In this document: positions 61,984 through 64,000 of the stretch, piece after piece | How positions within the stretch are numbered: position 1 is the first letter of the stretch | Layout: the number at the start of each line of letters is the position of its first letter | Origin: Euryarchaeota archaeon UBA256 | GTDB taxonomy: Archaea > Thermoplasmatota > Poseidoniia > Poseidoniales > Poseidoniaceae | Length of the DNA: 64,000 nucleotides | NCBI GenBank assembly: GCA_002494645.1 | Contig: DACE01000041.1 | Location: 4,389 to 68,388 of the forward strand | Direction: 5' to 3' | Position numbers and translations under genes: made by a program | The notes under the pieces: generated by a model | Told to the model about the DNA's origin: nothing | Database searches by the model: none | What the model saw: only the letters and a program-made list of their open reading frames with translations

Positions 61984-64000
61984 TTCTTCCCGTACTTCGC
62001 CAACCACTCTTTACCGTACCATCGCCACTGGTCCATGGTCCAACCGTTAGGCAGGCCTCCTTCTGGGAGAGGAGGTGCTTCATCAGGCGGGCTTTGAGTT
62101 TCTTCTTCTGCTGGCTCAGGAGCGGGCATACCTGCAATCGCTTCGATACTTTCTTCCTCGTAGGTCATGGCCTCGGCCTCGCCCACGGGTCCGTCGTCCT
62201 TGATGTCCAAATCTGCAAAACCGTCGGGCTCTACCTCAAAATTCAGTTGTTCTACTTCATCGTCCCAGGATGCGTCGGAGACAATACCGCCGCCTGCTGA
62301 AAGACCACCACGACCTTCCAAGGCTTCTTGAGAGGCACTTGAAGAGAGGTTAGGATCTACACCACCGTACTCTTTGGTAGCCTTGGAAACCTTCCTCTTG
62401 TTGATGATGTAGGCTGCACCAAGAATCGCGCCCGTCAGGGCGACGAAGGCGATGATGGCAACCATGATGACTTGATTCAAGGTGTCTTCATCTACGGATA
62501 GAGCGGTCTGACTCCCAGCATCATCATCTTTCGTTGTATTCCAAGCGTTGAAACCGAGTCCTGATTCGTTGCCCAGTGTCGCCAAGTAAGCTTGGTATGC
62601 CGGGTCGTTCCAACCCATGCAGGCATCCGAAGTATCGTTTTTATCGTTGAGACAGTGGTCTTGTTCGGTTTGGATAAAGCCTCGAGTATCGTCATAATCA
62701 GCGTTTGAGCCAACGCCATCTCCGTCTCCGTCAAAGTGTTCGGTTGGGTCAATATCCATCAGTGGTGATTCGGTTCGGTCGACCCATCCGTCTCCGTCTT
62801 CATCCAGGCAGCCAAAGGATTCGATTTCGTCATACCCTTTCGGGGCGTTGACGTTGATTGAAACCGCTTTCATCGAGCGACCAAATTCCCAAGGACATGC
62901 ATCGGGTTGTTCCCCATCAGCAGCGTCCCCATACCCATCTCCGTCGCCATCAATCCACTGCGTTCCTACCTTGGGGAGGGCGTCGGCTCCGTTTTCAATG
63001 GTCCAGTTTTCATCAGGGTCGGAGTAACCGTCGAGGTCCGCATCTGGGCAACCATAGCGGTCGTTATTGGAAAACGCATTCACGGTTGGGCATCCGTCCG
63101 GCTTGAAACCGATTGGATTGTCTCCGTACCCGTCTTGGTCTTGGTCAGCCCATTGGGTTGGTTCGTCGGGGAATTGATCTCCGTCCTGCCCGTTGATATT
63201 ATCGCCGTATCCGTCTCCGTCAGCGTCTTGCCACTGGTCCTCGTTGTCGGGAAAGAGGTCGGAGTCATTGCCTACTGGGTTATCGCCGTATCCGTCGCCA
63301 TCTTGGTCGGACCACTGAGTTTCGTCAAATCGGAAGGCATCGGGGTTCGTTCCGTCTTGGTTGTCGCCGTATCCATCGCCGTCGCTGTCGAGGCTTTGAG
63401 AGGCATCAAGAGGAAAGTCATCAGCGAGATCGTTAACGCCATCACCATCGCTGTCCAAATCAAAGTACCTCAACTTGGTTTCACTCGGAGTCACGCCTAC
63501 TGCATAGAATTGGCCGGTAAACTCTGCCAGTATTCCGATGATATCTCCAGCAGCGGAGAAGGTGCGTTCTTCAGAAAATGAAGTGGCGTTGAGGAAGGAT
63601 ACTTTTCCTTGTTTGGCTCCAATTACGAACATATCGTTCCCATGGGATTGCAAATGTGTTGTTTGCTTGGTGTGAGGGAGATTCACCGATTGCGAGGCCC
63701 ATGTATCGCTGTTGAACTTGTAGGCGGTTCCACCGTTGGTTCCTGCCAACAAGGTATCGCTTGAAGTGGCTTTGAGTTTCGAGACAATGCTGCTTGAATC
63801 CGTCAATGTGGTAAGTGGATTTCCACCACTGTCCTCGATGTAAATTTTGGTGTCGTAAGAAGCGATGGCAAGACGGCCATCATCAAGAATTTCAAAGGCT
63901 GAGATACCCGACCCAAAGGTCGCTGTTTGAACTCCGGTAGGGCCTTCTGAGTTGTATTCATCAGCACGGCGTTTTCCTGCATAATATACCAGCCAAAGGT
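61980..64000 (-). CDS. thrombospondin type-3 (Ca-binding DxDxDG) repeat surface protein with TM anchor and cytoplasmic tail; 5' partial
   Basis: At least 8 DGDGYGDN-type repeats. TM VIMVAIIAFVALTGAILGAAYII. The frame upstream of the first start codon stays open to the window end and there is no signal peptide, so the N-terminus lies outside the window. Confidence 0.75.
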   Translation of the reverse strand, partial: LWLVYYAGKRRADEYNSEGPTGVQTATFGSGISAFEILDDGRLAIASYDTKIYIEDSGGNPLTTLTDSSSIVSKLKATSSDTLLAGTNGGTAYKFNSDTWASQSVNLPHTKQTTHLQSHGNDMFVIGAKQGKVSFLNATSFSEERTFSAAGDIIGILAEFTGQFYAVGVTPSETKLRYFDLDSDGDGVNDLADDFPLDASQSLDSDGDGYGDNQDGTNPDAFRFDETQWSDQDGDGYGDNPVGNDSDLFPDNEDQWQDADGDGYGDNINGQDGDQFPDEPTQWADQDQDGYGDNPIGFKPDGCPTVNAFSNNDRYGCPDADLDGYSDPDENWTIENGADALPKVGTQWIDGDGDGYGDAADGEQPDACPWEFGRSMKAVSINVNAPKGYDEIESFGCLDEDGDGWVDRTESPLMDIDPTEHFDGDGDGVGSNADYDDTRGFIQTEQDHCLNDKNDTSDACMGWNDPAYQAYLATLGNESGLGFNAWNTTKDDDAGSQTALSVDEDTLNQVIMVAIIAFVALTGAILGAAYIINKRKVSKATKEYGGVDPNLSSSASQEALEGRGGLSAGGGIVSDASWDDEVEQLNFEVEPDGFADLDIKDDGPVGEAEAMTYEEESIEAIAGMPAPEPAEEETQSPPDEAPPLPEGGLPNGWTMDQWRWYGKEWLAKYGKN
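62693..63455 (-). repeat. imperfect coding tandem repeats (TSP3 calcium-binding motifs)
   Basis: Recurrent plus-strand gtctccgta/atcgccgtatccgtc units encoding D(G/Q)DGDGYGDN. Confidence 0.8.

Noticed and set aside
62907-63581. 224-aa ORF antisense to the TSP3-repeat gene (VSVSVSVLPLVLVV...)
   Set aside because: It is a low-complexity mirror of the GAY-rich repeats. The sense frame has clear calcium-binding repeats, a TM helix and a tail.
63775-63810. Apparent 1-nt discrepancy (an extra C at about 63780/63781) between my hand translation of the printed sequence and the ORF-track N-terminus MTDSSSIVSKLK
   Set aside because: This is most likely a counting or reading error on my side. Coordinates check out on both sides up to 63779. 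I do not claim a frameshift or pseudogene. Re-translation by software would settle it.
1-64000. CRISPR arrays, transposases, integrases, prophage or defence-island genes
   Set aside because: By eye there are no regularly spaced direct repeats, and no DDE, tyrosine or serine recombinase motifs. I also recognise no restriction-modification, Cas, or Abi-like proteins. The region reads as core chromosome.

Overview
This 64-kb window looks like a contiguous chromosomal segment of an archaeon. It is densely coded, with about 53 CDS and 2 tRNAs. By eye I found no rRNA, CRISPR array, transposase or integrase.

Archaeal informational genes are clear from motifs:
- family-B DNA polymerase and a GINS-like protein
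- EF-1alpha followed by S10
- S8e followed by SRP19
- the conserved L7Ae-S28e-L24e-NDK-aIF5B block
- deoxyhypusine synthase and SerRS

They are interleaved with bacterial-type metabolic and repair genes:
- UvrB, and FolC with dCMP deaminase
- CcmF
- a methylcrotonyl-CoA carboxylase / methylglutaconyl-CoA hydratase cluster
- a UbiD-UbiA pair next to a geranylgeranyl reductase
- BCAT, pyruvate kinase, PRPP synthase

There are also several very acidic surface proteins rich in N-glycosylation sequons: a 2126-aa giant, a PKD lipoprotein and a thrombospondin-type-3 repeat protein. Together this fits a marine heterotrophic euryarchaeon such as Marine Group II/Poseidoniales, but that placement is inference only.

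I see no clear-cut defence or mobile system. The most unusual items are:
1. A ParA gene followed by an RHH gene and a translationally coupled 87-aa ORF, with tandem 11-bp repeats upstream of the RHH gene.
2. A four-gene operon: RND exporter, unknown membrane protein, CxxC lipoprotein, DUF4281. Its TATA box is flanked by two TCAATTGA-type palindromes.
3. A presenilin-type protease with a roughly 370-aa insert.
4. A GIDE-like membrane protein.
5. An FKBP with a (His-Asp)n tract and a SAP-like motif.
6. A non-random set of proteins ending in -EEE.
7. A 418-bp AT-rich spacer with repeated motifs.
8. An orphan tRNA T-arm/acceptor-like 25-mer.

All function calls come from motif recognition by eye. 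No searches were run.
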